The notes: generated from the letters alone by a model not told the origin. DNA of 47,254 bases from a bacterium (GCA_021323995.1 JAJPJY010000091.1:1-47254); one strand, 5' to 3'; shown: positions 24,786-34,265, numbered from the stretch's first letter. Numbers and translations are program-made.

Positions 24786-24897
24786 GATTCGTCTCTGGCG
24801 AGGCTAGTATTTCATCTTGTGAACGTAGCCCGATGGTCGACTACCTCCAAAGAGCTCTAATCTCGGCTCAAGGACAGCATGGAGCCACGGCGTCCGA

Positions 24898-25443
24898 CTA
24901 TCTGCATCCAGCGCAGGTTGCAGAATGCTTCTCGACCGGAGGCAGCAGTTTGAGAATGAGAGATATGGCTTCTGACATCATGAAGTTTGAAGGACGGGAC
25001 GTGTAGCGTTCCGTCCATGCTAGTGTACGGATGTATGCGACATGTTTCTTCATGAGTTCATACGATTTGTGCATCACCATGGCGAGTTCCTGTGATTCCC
25101 ACATGTTGCTCCTGAGAAACGGAGCTATCACATCCAGTATGCCCGGGGAGCGCGACCTATGCGGAAGAGTCGGCGCTCGCACATTCAGCCCGAGGTCGGT
25201 CATCCGAGGTCCGCGCTGAAGAAAAACAGGTCTTATCATTAGTGCAAGGCCCGCTACAGACGCGGCTGCTAACCCAAGTGCTAGAACCGTCAAGCTTTCG
25301 GTTGAACCAAAGAGCGGCGGATTGGTCTGCGGGCTAACCCAGTGAAATGCTGTAAGAAATAGAAGGAAGAGTGGAGGTTCGAATAAGGCCATGAGGAACG
25401 CGGGCTTGTAGAGAGTGAACCAGGATAAGGCGTGAGCCCGCAA
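24898..25443 (-). CDS. hypothetical membrane protein
   Basis: 181 aa with a TTG start and two to three N-terminal TM helices. No motif was recognised. Confidence 0.38.
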   Translation of the reverse strand: MRAHALSWFTLYKPAFLMALFEPPLFLLFLTAFHWVSPQTNPPLFGSTESLTVLALGLAAASVAGLALMIRPVFLQRGPRMTDLGLNVRAPTLPHRSRSPGILDVIAPFLRSNMWESQELAMVMHKSYELMKKHVAYIRTLAWTERYTSRPSNFMMSEAISLILKLLPPVEKHSATCAGCR

Positions 25444-25758
25444 TGAGCCGATGCTCGGCCTGGTCTTTCTTTTCAGAACTATTGTCAGGTGTTAAACTCA
25501 CCCCACCTTGTTAGGCGCGGCGAGCATTGTCTCACATGTCCTCCGCTGAACAGTGAAAAGCGCGTCTTGGTAGCGAGAATAAGAGTTCCGTTACATTCCG
25601 CCTTTCTTCCGGGTTACGTGATTTCGAAGAATAGAGCTCTCGCGTTAGTCAAGAGCACTTACGAAGGTGGGGAGTTGTTCCCCGCCTTCACACGGGTATT
25701 AGTGTCAGAAGACTTATTAGCGGTGCTACTGGCGTATTCACTACTCAGAGTGGTATAA

Positions 25759-27420
25759 TTGGCGCTATTAGAAATTGAGCTACCAGTTGAACTGCAGCCC
25801 GAGCAGAAGCAAATAGGACGCTTCATCCGCAGAACCCAGAGCGTCTGCCCGGAATGCAACCGCATACTTCCAAGCACCGTATTCGAACGTGATAACAAGG
25901 TCTTCATGACCAAAACATGTCCGGAACACGGGGAGACCGAGGAGCTGTACTTTGGATCATATGACATGTATCAGAAGTTCGCCACATACTGGAGCGACGG
26001 CAAGGGAACTCATGCTCCAAACGTTCCAATAGAGAGCTGTGCCTGCCCGGCAAACTGCGGTCTCTGTTCAAACCACCTTAGCCATACTGGACTAGCCAAT
26101 ATCATCGTCACCAACCGTTGCGACCTCACATGCTGGTACTGCTTCTTCTACGTGAAGAAGGGTCTCGAAGGAGCATACGTCTACGAACCCAGCATGGACC
26201 AGGTCCGCGAAATGGTCCGGGCACTAAAGGCCGAGAGGCCAGTCCCCGGAAACAGCCTCCAGATAACTGGAGGAGAGCCAACACTCCGCCCAGAACTCCC
26301 TGAGATCGTGAAGATCATCAAGGAAGAGGGCGTAGACCACATCCAGCTCAATACGAACGGAATCAACCTCGCACTAAACCCGAACCTCGCGCACGAGCTA
26401 AGAGACGCTGGACTTAGCAACCTCTACATGAGCTTTGACGGAGTCTCACCCAGGACCAATCCGAAGAACCACTGGGAAGCACCCTACACCATCGAGAGCT
26501 GCCGAAAGGCCAACCTAGGAGTAGTACTGGTCCCGACAGTCATCAAATCAATCAACGATCACGAGCTCGGAGGCATTCTCAACTTTGCCCAACGCAACAT
26601 CGACATCGTCCGGGCGATAAGCTACCAGCCCGTCTCACTCACTGGAAGAATGAAGAAACAAGAGCGCGAGAAATATAGGATCACAATACCTGACTGCATC
26701 GAGAGGATCGAGGAACAGACAAACGGAGAGATTCCGAGAGACGCATGGTTCCCCGTTCCAAGCTGCTCGCCCGTAACCCACTTCGTTGAAGCATTCACAA
26801 AGCGTCCGCAATACGAGCTCTCAATACACTTCGCATGTGGAGCAGGCACCTACGTCTTCGAAGACAAGGATACGAAGAAGCTCGTCCCGATAACCAGCTT
26901 CGTAGACCTCAAAGGACTCTTCGAATACCTCGACGAGAAGACCGACGAGCTCAACTCAGGCACCAACAAGTACCTCGTCGCTGCCAAGTTCATCAGCAAA
27001 CTCAACAGCTTCATCGAAAAAGACAAACAACCAGCAGGTCTCAACCTGTCAAAACTTCTGGTCGGAGCACTGCTCAAGCACGACTACAGCTCGGTTGGAC
27101 AATTCCATGTCCGAAGCATGTTCCTTGGAATGATGCACTTCCAGGACAAGTACAACCAAGACGAGGAAAGGCTGCAGCGCTGCGACATACACTACCTGAC
27201 ACCAGACATGAGGATCATTCCCTTCTGCTCGTTCAACGTAATACCCGAATGGTACCGGGACAGGATACAGAAAAAGTACGGTATCACCGTGGACGAGTGG
27301 GAGAAAAAGAACGGCGAAAAGCTAGAGGCGAGACTCTACAGAGGAACACTCCGAAGAGGGAAGCACGCCGACGGCTGCGGATGCAGTAGTGTACACATCG
27401 AGCCCATAACGGGCACCTAA
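25759..27420 (+). CDS. radical SAM enzyme with an N-terminal zinc ribbon; tetraether lipid synthase (Tes/GDGT-MAS)-like
   Basis: 553 aa. It has RRTQSVCPECNRILPSTVFERDNKVFMTKTCPEHGETEELYF (the zinc-ribbon leader I associate with the MJ0619/Tes family). NRCDLTCWYCFF is a CxxxCxxC radical SAM cluster and LQITGGEPTLRPE is also present. The radical SAM call is confident and the Tes assignment is tentative. A non-ATG start is required. Confidence 0.8.
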   Translation: MALLEIELPVELQPEQKQIGRFIRRTQSVCPECNRILPSTVFERDNKVFMTKTCPEHGETEELYFGSYDMYQKFATYWSDGKGTHAPNVPIESCACPANCGLCSNHLSHTGLANIIVTNRCDLTCWYCFFYVKKGLEGAYVYEPSMDQVREMVRALKAERPVPGNSLQITGGEPTLRPELPEIVKIIKEEGVDHIQLNTNGINLALNPNLAHELRDAGLSNLYMSFDGVSPRTNPKNHWEAPYTIESCRKANLGVVLVPTVIKSINDHELGGILNFAQRNIDIVRAISYQPVSLTGRMKKQEREKYRITIPDCIERIEEQTNGEIPRDAWFPVPSCSPVTHFVEAFTKRPQYELSIHFACGAGTYVFEDKDTKKLVPITSFVDLKGLFEYLDEKTDELNSGTNKYLVAAKFISKLNSFIEKDKQPAGLNLSKLLVGALLKHDYSSVGQFHVRSMFLGMMHFQDKYNQDEERLQRCDIHYLTPDMRIIPFCSFNVIPEWYRDRIQKKYGITVDEWEKKNGEKLEARLYRGTLRRGKHADGCGCSSVHIEPITGT

Positions 27421-27495
27421 ACTCCCCTTTCAACCGAAGACCTTTTTCTATCCCGATAATCACCGGAGGGACTAGACCGGAGAGAATCTGACAGT

Positions 27496-28056
27496 TTGCA
27501 ATCATCCCTAGAGAGAGTGAAAGGCGAGCAATGGGCAAGCATCCAAGACTTGAGCATAACAGCTTCCCCTCAAATCGCCAAACTCGACGATAACCTAGCG
27601 CTCACTGTCGGCTTCAAGCTCAAAGGAGGAATCAGGCGTAACTTCGTCCGACCACTTTGGGAGAAAGCGTACGACGAACACGATCTCGGACTCCGTATGG
27701 CCTACAGAGTTGACCTGTCCAAACAGAGGGTCAAGGTCTTGCCCGGTTCCGAACTCAAACGCGAAAAATTTGTCAGGCGAGCAGTATTCTTCTGGACTCG
27801 AAACCCAGAACTACCTTACAGGGTCTGGGCAACGGTCGCTACTGAATTCGAGACTATCCTCTACCCGAAAACTGAGGAAGAAGCTCAAACAATGCTGTTT
27901 GACGTTACCCGGAGCTTCGAACTATCAGCCTCAGAATTAGGCAAAGGACACCACACTCTCGAAGCCAAGGTTCACGCAAAATGGGGGAAGCACATCTTCA
28001 CAGAGAGAGGTGAAGCAACCGCCAAGACGCCCACTCTCAAAGTCGACGTGCGATAA
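27496..28056 (+). CDS. hypothetical protein
   Basis: 186-aa ORF with protein-like composition. No motif was recognised. Confidence 0.42.
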   Translation: MQSSLERVKGEQWASIQDLSITASPQIAKLDDNLALTVGFKLKGGIRRNFVRPLWEKAYDEHDLGLRMAYRVDLSKQRVKVLPGSELKREKFVRRAVFFWTRNPELPYRVWATVATEFETILYPKTEEEAQTMLFDVTRSFELSASELGKGHHTLEAKVHAKWGKHIFTERGEATAKTPTLKVDVR

Positions 28057-28307
28057 ATAATCAAAGATTTAAGAAAGAAATCTGGCCAAGAAAACCACCG
28101 AGTGAGATTTGAATTGGCAAAGTACGATGGAATAATTGGACAAGATGTCCTGACTGTTACAGAAGGAGAGAACGAGCTTACGATAATCTTCCGCGACAAT
28201 CGATTCCTGTTCGTAAAAGTAATCAACGGAAAACTAGTCGCTGACTCAGTCCCCGAGTGAACTGGATCTCGCGAACCGGTGCAAAGAGTTCGACGATCGA
28301 TCCTAGA

Positions 28308-29336
28308 CTATATTTTCAAAACTATCTTGCCAAAGTGTTCGCTTTTTTCCATCGTAGCCTGAGCCTTCGCCGCGTCAGATAGGGGAAACACGGAGTCGAC
28401 TACAGGCTTCAGTCGTCCGTCTTCGAAGAATTTCAAGACCTTGAGCAACTCGCCGCGTCCCCCCATGTAGGACCCCATCAGAGAAAACTGTCGGACGAAG
28501 ACGAAACGAATGTCGATCTCTGCCTTTCCACCACTTGTAACTCCACAGTTTACGAGCCGTCCCGCCGGGGCCATTGCCCGCATGCTCTTGTCCCAGGTAG
28601 CTTGACCGATGTGGTCGAAGATCACGTTCGCCTTTCGGCCGTTGGTGATTCGTTTGACTTCTGCGGGGACGTCTTGAGTATGATGGTTTACGACCCAATC
28701 GGCTCCAATTTTCTTGGCCTTTTCGAGCTTCTCGTCGTTTCCTGCGGTAGCAATTACTTTCGCACCGAGAACCTTCGCGACTTGGATTGCAGCGCTCCCC
28801 ACTCCGCTTCCGGCTGCCCAGACCAGCACGGTTTCCCCAGCAGTTAGGCGTGCTCTCGTCACTAGCATGTGCCAGGCTGTCAAGAAGACTAGGGGAACCG
28901 CTGCTGCTTCATCAAAGTTGAGATGACCAGGGATCGGTAGAACATTTTCCGAGGGCACAGCCACATACTCTGCGTATCCTCCTTGGGTTTCGTAGCCGAT
29001 GATCTTGTAAGATTCGCAGAGACTATCCCAGCCCGTAGCACAGTATTCGCAAGTTCCGTCACTGATTCCTGGCGCGATCAGAACTCTGTCGCCTAGTCTG
29101 TGATTTTTGGCCAGACTTCCGACTTGAGCCACTTCGCCTGAAATGTCGCACCCTGAAATGTGAGGCATAGGAATCCTTTCTCCTCGAGTTCCTTGCCTTG
29201 CCCATATGTCGAGACGGTTCAGTGCGCATGCTCTGACGCGGATCAGAACTTCGGTCTCACTAACCTTCGGCTCTGGGACATCCTCATAGCTCAGCTTTTC
29301 TGGACCGCCAAATTCTCGAAACACAACGGCCTTCAA
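28308..29336 (-). CDS. zinc-type alcohol dehydrogenase/quinone oxidoreductase (MDR superfamily)
   Basis: 342 aa. It shows MKAVVFREFGGPEKLSYEDVPEP, the GCDISGEV, CEYCATGWDSLC structural-zinc loop, and a VLVWAAGSGVGSAAIQVAK Rossmann motif. Confidence 0.9.
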   Translation of the reverse strand: MKAVVFREFGGPEKLSYEDVPEPKVSETEVLIRVRACALNRLDIWARQGTRGERIPMPHISGCDISGEVAQVGSLAKNHRLGDRVLIAPGISDGTCEYCATGWDSLCESYKIIGYETQGGYAEYVAVPSENVLPIPGHLNFDEAAAVPLVFLTAWHMLVTRARLTAGETVLVWAAGSGVGSAAIQVAKVLGAKVIATAGNDEKLEKAKKIGADWVVNHHTQDVPAEVKRITNGRKANVIFDHIGQATWDKSMRAMAPAGRLVNCGVTSGGKAEIDIRFVFVRQFSLMGSYMGGRGELLKVLKFFEDGRLKPVVDSVFPLSDAAKAQATMEKSEHFGKIVLKI

Positions 29337-29456
29337 TTTTCGTCGGGCTCCTCGGGAGCAGTGCTCGGTTTAAGCTCCATGCTATGCTCCACTGATCTGC
29401 CTACACTTATTTAGAACAGATTCATTCAGGACCTTCATTCTAGAGGAACCGTTCAG

Positions 29457-29903
29457 TTGAACTCGCCGGAGCAGGCAGAATCAGAGAGAGTTGCGAGCGA
29501 GCTCAAGGGGAACACTCTTCGAGTGTATTGGTATGTGATGAACGCGAACAAGCAGACGGTCGGCGTTCGTGAGGTTCAGAGAGCCCTCACCTTTTCGAGT
29601 CCCACTCTTGCCCTCTATCATCTTGACAAACTCAAGGATCTTGGGCTAGTCTCAAAAGACTCTGGAGAATACCGCCTCATCAAAGAAGTGAAGGTTGACG
29701 TTCTCAAACAATTCCTCCGTCTGGGAGGAGTCTTCGTACCTAGATTCGCCTTGTACGCCTCCCTCTTCACCGCACTATTCGTCTATTACGTTATAATCAT
29801 ACCAGATCTCAACCTATTCACGTTCTTCGGTCTTATCTTCGGCGGATTAGGCTCCGCTATTTTCTGGTTTGAGACCTGGAAAGCTTGGAAACAACAGCCG
29901 TGA
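29457..29903 (+). CDS. winged-helix protein with two C-terminal TM helices
   Basis: 148 aa with a TTG start. It has VGVREVQRALTFSSPTLALYHLDKLKDLGLV, then FALYASLFTALFVYYVIII and FFGLIFGGLGSAIFWF. Confidence 0.55.
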   Translation: MNSPEQAESERVASELKGNTLRVYWYVMNANKQTVGVREVQRALTFSSPTLALYHLDKLKDLGLVSKDSGEYRLIKEVKVDVLKQFLRLGGVFVPRFALYASLFTALFVYYVIIIPDLNLFTFFGLIFGGLGSAIFWFETWKAWKQQP

Positions 29904-29990
29904 CCGTACAACGATTGAACAAGCCGATCAAAATCGTAGGTCTATCACTCGGATAGCCCTCTCTAAGGGAGAAGAACCACGACCAATCCT

Positions 29991-30602
29991 ATGACGAAAA
30001 AGCTGGTTGGATATGGCATTGTTGGGCTCGTGATTGCAGTTGCCCTCATAGCTGGATTACAGGTAAGGCCACAGAGCGTCTTACCATCGATGGGAAACCT
30101 TCAGATCTCGATAACAGGCGATCCGACAACAAGTGATCCCCTGAATGTAACATGCCATGGCAATTCAAGTCACGGCGGGCAAGACGGGCAAATTTTGAAT
30201 CTCACAAGTCTCGTCGTGAATATTTCCTCAGTACAAGTCCATAGGACAGGTGAGTTGAATCTCACTGGGGACTGGATCACAATTCCCAATGCTCCAAAGA
30301 CTCTGGATCTCTTGAGTCTCAAGACTTTCAATCAAATAATCGGTTCGACGAGCATGCCTGATGGCGTGATAAGTCTCGTGAGACTAACGGTAGGCTCTAC
30401 AGCGACAGCGGGAATCGGAACTGGTTCAAAGACTGTGACTGTTTCTAGTGGACATTTAGATGCTCAAACGAGTGCGCAGGTGACTAGCGGAAGAGTAACC
30501 AGCATCACTCTAGAACTCGTGCAGCCACACGTCGTATGTCAGGGGAACGGAGATCTCAGGCTCACTCCGGAGCTAACTGTTACTTCAGAGTCCACTGACT
30601 AA
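29991..30602 (+). CDS. secreted/membrane-anchored DUF4382-like protein
   Basis: 203 aa with an N-terminal signal/anchor. The pattern VNISSVQVHRTGE...GDWITI...PKTLDLLSL...MPDGVISLVRLTVGS...ITLELVQPHVVCQGNGDLRLTPEL follows the DUF4382 layout as I recall it. Confidence 0.5.
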   Translation: MTKKLVGYGIVGLVIAVALIAGLQVRPQSVLPSMGNLQISITGDPTTSDPLNVTCHGNSSHGGQDGQILNLTSLVVNISSVQVHRTGELNLTGDWITIPNAPKTLDLLSLKTFNQIIGSTSMPDGVISLVRLTVGSTATAGIGTGSKTVTVSSGHLDAQTSAQVTSGRVTSITLELVQPHVVCQGNGDLRLTPELTVTSESTD

Positions 30603-30634
30603 GTCGAGCACGGGATTCGAGAATTCTCCTGAAT

Positions 30635-30781
30635 TGGTAGCGGGGGGTGGAGTTTCGGGTCCCACTCGGGCCCTTCGAACCACCGCTTGAGGATCGAAGG
30701 CTTCGATCAATCTCAGGGTTATGAGCCCTGCGGGTTAAACCTGGATAAGCTTCTCTGTGAGAGAATCTACCCCACCCCGCT
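30635..30781 (-). tRNA. initiator tRNA-Met (anticodon CAU) with three insertions (putative introns) in the D loop, variable loop and T loop; CCA encoded
   Basis: The minus strand reads AGCGGGG-TG-GGGT-[D loop+22 nt]-ACCC-G-CAGGG-CTCATAA-CCCTG-AGAT[+24 nt]C-GGTGG-TTCGA[+22 nt]CT-CCACC-CCCCGCT-A-CCA. The acceptor is a perfect 7 bp with A1:U72, and GGG:CCC closes the anticodon stem (initiator hallmarks). The anticodon is at 30721-30723. Confidence 0.8.
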
Positions 30782-30807
30782 ACAAACCGGAAGCGAACCG
30801 AGCCGGC

Positions 30808-30813
30808 TTTAAA
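30808..30813 (-). promoter_or_regulatory. TATA box (TTTAAA within the palindrome GGCTTTAAAGCC) for the tRNA gene
   Basis: Located 27-32 nt upstream of the tRNA 5' end at 30781, the standard archaeal TATA-to-TSS distance. Confidence 0.5.
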
Positions 30814-30850
30814 GCCTTAACCATCCGCAAAAGAAACAGGCTAGGAATTC

Positions 30851-32131
30851 TTACCTCACTGTGTTGCCGGGGCGGCTCAGATGTCGGCGTGCTGATACAA
30901 CAGCAGTGTAAGTGGCGAGCTGTAAGCTTCTTGGTGTCACAATTCTGATCGTGGTTCCAGTTTCATTATGGAGGCCACATTTCTTGCACCTTAATCCTTG
31001 GCCTCGTCCCATCGACTCACATCGACTACCGCATAAATTGCAGATTGGATTCTCTTTGTTGACATTCTCGACTAGTGACAAGAGGTCGATTTTCTCTAGG
31101 TTTAGAGTCGGCTTTCCGTTTCTGTATCTACGGATTCCGCCATAGACCCTAGCCCTGTCGCCAGGCAGCAGATCTCTCGCCGCAGCCTTGAGAGATCGTG
31201 TGGGAGCATACGCGGCGCAACTCAACGACCCTGTCTCATCGCTGAGCTGAAAGATCACGTGTCCGCCTCTGACGATTTTAGGAACGGTGTCGACTCTCCC
31301 TGTGACAACAGCTGATTGATAGCGCGCCAGCTCGATTACTTTTCTATGCTGTGTCAGATGTGCGTCAGTACCTTGGTTTGTCTTGAAGATCATGATCCGC
31401 TCAACAGTCTCGTTGATTTGCACTCGATTGAACGCGTCCTGTACCCCTTGGGGAGTCAGACCTCTGATTCCCAGGAGGACAGGATCCGGACCATGCGGGC
31501 AAACTAGAATTCTACCCGATTCAGGATCAAGATTATGGAATGTTCCGGAGCCTTGTTTGGAATCCATGACTTTGATAGATTCGCTGTTCACCCGCCTAGA
31601 GGTTCCCAGATTTTCCCTAGTTCTGTATGCGATAATCTCGAATGTGTGCGCTACCGAATCGAGTCCAGCGCCGATTGACGCTAATGACCCGATGAGACCC
31701 CGGGAACCCTTCAACAAATGGGTCTCAACTGACGCCTTTCGCGCTACCGATCGTGCTTGATCAATCGAGAGCACATTGTGAAGCGCTGAGAGTGAGTATT
31801 CCTGCAGGATCATCGGGACCGGACCTCTCAGGAACACGACTGCGGGGTCGGCTCTTTTGTCGGACAAATGGGCTGTTTCTTTAGTGATTCTAACGGCTAG
31901 ATGCTGAACTGTTTCAATCTGGTCTTCATCAATGATGAGATGAATTGAGATGGCACCGTTCCCCCGAGTCTTCCATGGAATGTTCGGATTTAGTCTGACG
32001 AGCCAGGGATAATCTGAAGGCCGAATTCCAATGTCATAGAGTTCTTGATAGAGGACGGCGCCTGTGTAGGTTGTGCAGCCTCCTGACTCCGAGTCTGTGT
32101 CATCGATGCCGATGTGAAACTCCGTTGGCAT
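30851..32131 (-). CDS. tiaS: tRNA(Ile2) 2-agmatinylcytidine synthetase
   Basis: 426 aa. It has the HIGIDDTDSESGGCTTYTG N-terminal signature, WLVRLNPNIPWKTRGNGA, and a C-terminal zinc ribbon CNLCGSRCESMGRGQGLRCKKCG. Confidence 0.88.
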   Translation of the reverse strand: MPTEFHIGIDDTDSESGGCTTYTGAVLYQELYDIGIRPSDYPWLVRLNPNIPWKTRGNGAISIHLIIDEDQIETVQHLAVRITKETAHLSDKRADPAVVFLRGPVPMILQEYSLSALHNVLSIDQARSVARKASVETHLLKGSRGLIGSLASIGAGLDSVAHTFEIIAYRTRENLGTSRRVNSESIKVMDSKQGSGTFHNLDPESGRILVCPHGPDPVLLGIRGLTPQGVQDAFNRVQINETVERIMIFKTNQGTDAHLTQHRKVIELARYQSAVVTGRVDTVPKIVRGGHVIFQLSDETGSLSCAAYAPTRSLKAAARDLLPGDRARVYGGIRRYRNGKPTLNLEKIDLLSLVENVNKENPICNLCGSRCESMGRGQGLRCKKCGLHNETGTTIRIVTPRSLQLATYTAVVSARRHLSRPGNTVR

Positions 32132-32184
32132 GTTACGCCACGAAGAACCGAGGATTCTGGAGTGTCGAGATTGGCTCTTGGAGA

Positions 32185-32418
32185 CTAGTTCTCGATCACT
32201 ATCATCGTGAGGGTTGATTTGACCTTGTTGAGTCGGCGGACCTTCCAGGTTATGATCTCTTTGAGCTTGTCCATGGTGTCTGCCGCGACCTTTGCGACGA
32301 TATCGTATACCCCATACACCATGTATGCCTCCTTAACATTGGCCACAGCTTTCAGCTCTTTGACTACCGCGTCTTCGGATCCGATTTCCGCGTTTATCAG
32401 GACAAACGCCATGGGCAT
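32185..32418 (-). CDS. stand-alone Lrp/AsnC ligand-binding (RAM) domain protein
   Basis: 77 aa with AFVLINAEIGSEDAVVKELKAVANVKEAYMVYGVYDIVAKV. Confidence 0.8.
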   Translation of the reverse strand: MPMAFVLINAEIGSEDAVVKELKAVANVKEAYMVYGVYDIVAKVAADTMDKLKEIITWKVRRLNKVKSTLTMIVIEN

Positions 32419-32574
32419 CGTTTAGCAGCCTCGGCGGTGTACTACTAGGTCTTTCGTTTTAAGCTTTGACCCGAATAGGCTCGACACTAATGCTGAGTAG
32501 TACCGGCCGTTTACTAGCGATGGTTCCAGAACTGATATCGTTCGTCCCCAAGGCAACCAGAATTCCGAGTTCAA

Positions 32575-33384
32575 ATGATTCCCTCGGTTCCCTCGTCACT
32601 GGACTTGGCAGCATTGCTAGTGACCGTGGGCGTCTTCATTGCCGCCTCACTTAGCGACTTGAAGACTAGGGAGATCTCTAACAAGTTCTGGCTCGTCTAC
32701 GGACCCATAGCAGGATTGATCTTTGCCTTACGACTAGTGTATGCTCCGGATTCTATTCCGATCTTCTTGGTTTCTGGTGGTGCTTCGATTGTTGTTTCAT
32801 TCTTGTTATTCCAGTTCGGCGTCATGGGAGGAGCTGATAGTAAAGCAATGATGTGTCTTGCCCTTGCTCTGCCAGTAGCGCCAAGCTTTCTCAATCCTTT
32901 CTGGCAACCACCCTTTGTTTTTTACCCCTTCCCAATCGCCATCCTAGTGAATTCGTTCCTTCTATCAATAGGATCAGCAGTCTTCCTCCTCGGGAAAAAT
33001 CTAGTGCAGCGAGCTTCAGCCGGGAGAGGGTTGTTCCAAGGATTCGAACGTGAATCGATTCTTAGGAAAGTTCTAGTCATGTTGACATCATACAAGACCA
33101 GTTTCAGTTCGCTAGAGTCCAAAGTGTACCTGTATCCAGCCGAGGAAGTCGCAGTTGTCGATTCCAAACCTGTCAGACAATTTCACTTAGTGGCCTCTGC
33201 GGCAGAAGAACGCGACAAGATGGTTAGTGGCCTAGAGGGCTACAAGAACCAGGGCATGTTCTCTGACGGTGTATGGGTGACACCCGGTCTCCCACATCTC
33301 GTCTTTCTGACTGCAAGCCTCTTGGTAACAGTAGTTATCGGCGATTTGATGATGTGGCTCTTCTTTAGAGCAGTAGGTTATTGA
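32575..33384 (+). CDS. archaeal prepilin/preflagellin peptidase (A24 family, PibD/FlaK-like)
   Basis: 269 aa and polytopic. The two catalytic Asp motifs are AASLSDLKTREISN and VMGGADSKAM. Confidence 0.85.
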   Translation: MIPSVPSSLDLAALLVTVGVFIAASLSDLKTREISNKFWLVYGPIAGLIFALRLVYAPDSIPIFLVSGGASIVVSFLLFQFGVMGGADSKAMMCLALALPVAPSFLNPFWQPPFVFYPFPIAILVNSFLLSIGSAVFLLGKNLVQRASAGRGLFQGFERESILRKVLVMLTSYKTSFSSLESKVYLYPAEEVAVVDSKPVRQFHLVASAAEERDKMVSGLEGYKNQGMFSDGVWVTPGLPHLVFLTASLLVTVVIGDLMMWLFFRAVGY

Positions 33385-34265
33385 TGATGTCAACAGAAAC
33401 TAGTTTAAAAACCGTCGTCAGTGAACCGCGAAGTCTAGGCGTAAAAGTATTGGCCGCCGACGAGTTCAGCGTACAGTCACTGATGAAACTCGGCCTCACC
33501 GAATATGAGGCTAGAATCTACGTTGTCCTGACCAAGATGGGACCAAGAAACGCAAGCGAGATCAGCTTCCTAGGCAAAGTGCCTAGGCCCAAAACATACG
33601 GCGCCATACGAGGACTCGAAAGCAAAGGACTGTTACGGATCGTTCCCGGCAAACCGGAAAGATACATGGCAGTCTCACCCAACGACGTACTCGTTCCACT
33701 AGTTGACAAGCTGAACAAGGAGACCGGCGAATGCGTCCAGGTCGTTGAGAACCTTGCCATGGCCTTCGAATCGTCAAAGTACGTCTACACAGAAAAGCCA
33801 TACGAAAGATACGACCTATGGAGTGTCAGAGGCAGAGACAAGGTCTACAAGAGAATACAAGACATGATCGGAGAAGCCAAAGTCAACGTCTGCTTCACCA
33901 CAACCGCCAATGGGCTTGTAAGGATCTACAAAGCACACTCAGAGGTTCTAGAGAAAGCTGCTGATAGAGGAGCAAAGGTCAAGGTCATGGCACCAGTAAA
34001 CCAGACGAACGCAAGCGTCGCCAGAGAACTCGGCGAGGTCATAGAAGTCAGAAACGTATCTGTGCCGATAATGCACTTTGCAAGCGCCGACTCTGCAGAA
34101 ATTATCTTCATAGAAGACATTCCGGACGACACAAACGTGAACGCTGGACAAGACGTCGCTACATGGACAAACGATCCGTTGCTAGTCAAGTCGCACGAGA
34201 AAATATTCGAACAGACCTGGTCCACACTCCAGCCGAAAGAAGCCGCCAAGGCTAAAGCTCGCTAG
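33381..34265 (+). CDS. TrmB-family transcriptional regulator (in-frame ATG at 33384)
   Basis: 294 aa. It has LMKLGLTEYEARIYVVLTKMGPRNASEISFLGKVPRPKTYGAIRGLESKGLL plus a TrmB-type C-domain. It overlaps the peptidase stop. Confidence 0.85.
   Translation: MMMSTETSLKTVVSEPRSLGVKVLAADEFSVQSLMKLGLTEYEARIYVVLTKMGPRNASEISFLGKVPRPKTYGAIRGLESKGLLRIVPGKPERYMAVSPNDVLVPLVDKLNKETGECVQVVENLAMAFESSKYVYTEKPYERYDLWSVRGRDKVYKRIQDMIGEAKVNVCFTTTANGLVRIYKAHSEVLEKAADRGAKVKVMAPVNQTNASVARELGEVIEVRNVSVPIMHFASADSAEIIFIEDIPDDTNVNAGQDVATWTNDPLLVKSHEKIFEQTWSTLQPKEAAKAKAR

Noticed and set aside
25508-25684. Long-range complementarity (CTCACCCCACCTT ... AAGGTGGGGAG) in the 315-nt gap upstream of the radical SAM gene, suggesting a structured RNA.
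   Set aside because: Only 9 contiguous bp plus 3 after a bulge were found. Inverted 9-mers within 200 nt are expected many times by chance in 47 kb. No supporting internal helices or known RNA motifs were found.
26835-27389. A 184-aa alternative-frame ORF, plus several 60-80 aa ORFs on both strands, inside the radical SAM gene.
   Set aside because: It is R/Q/P-rich with non-protein-like composition and is fully embedded in a well-supported conserved gene. This is a typical shadow ORF.
30635-30781. A CAU-anticodon tRNA directly downstream of tiaS, tempting to call the TiaS substrate tRNA-Ile2.
   Set aside because: It has an A1:U72 terminal pair, an AGCGGGG acceptor and three consecutive G:C pairs closing the anticodon stem. 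These are initiator tRNA-Met identity features. Archaeal tRNA-Ile2 has a G1:C72-type acceptor. The adjacency to tiaS is probably coincidental.
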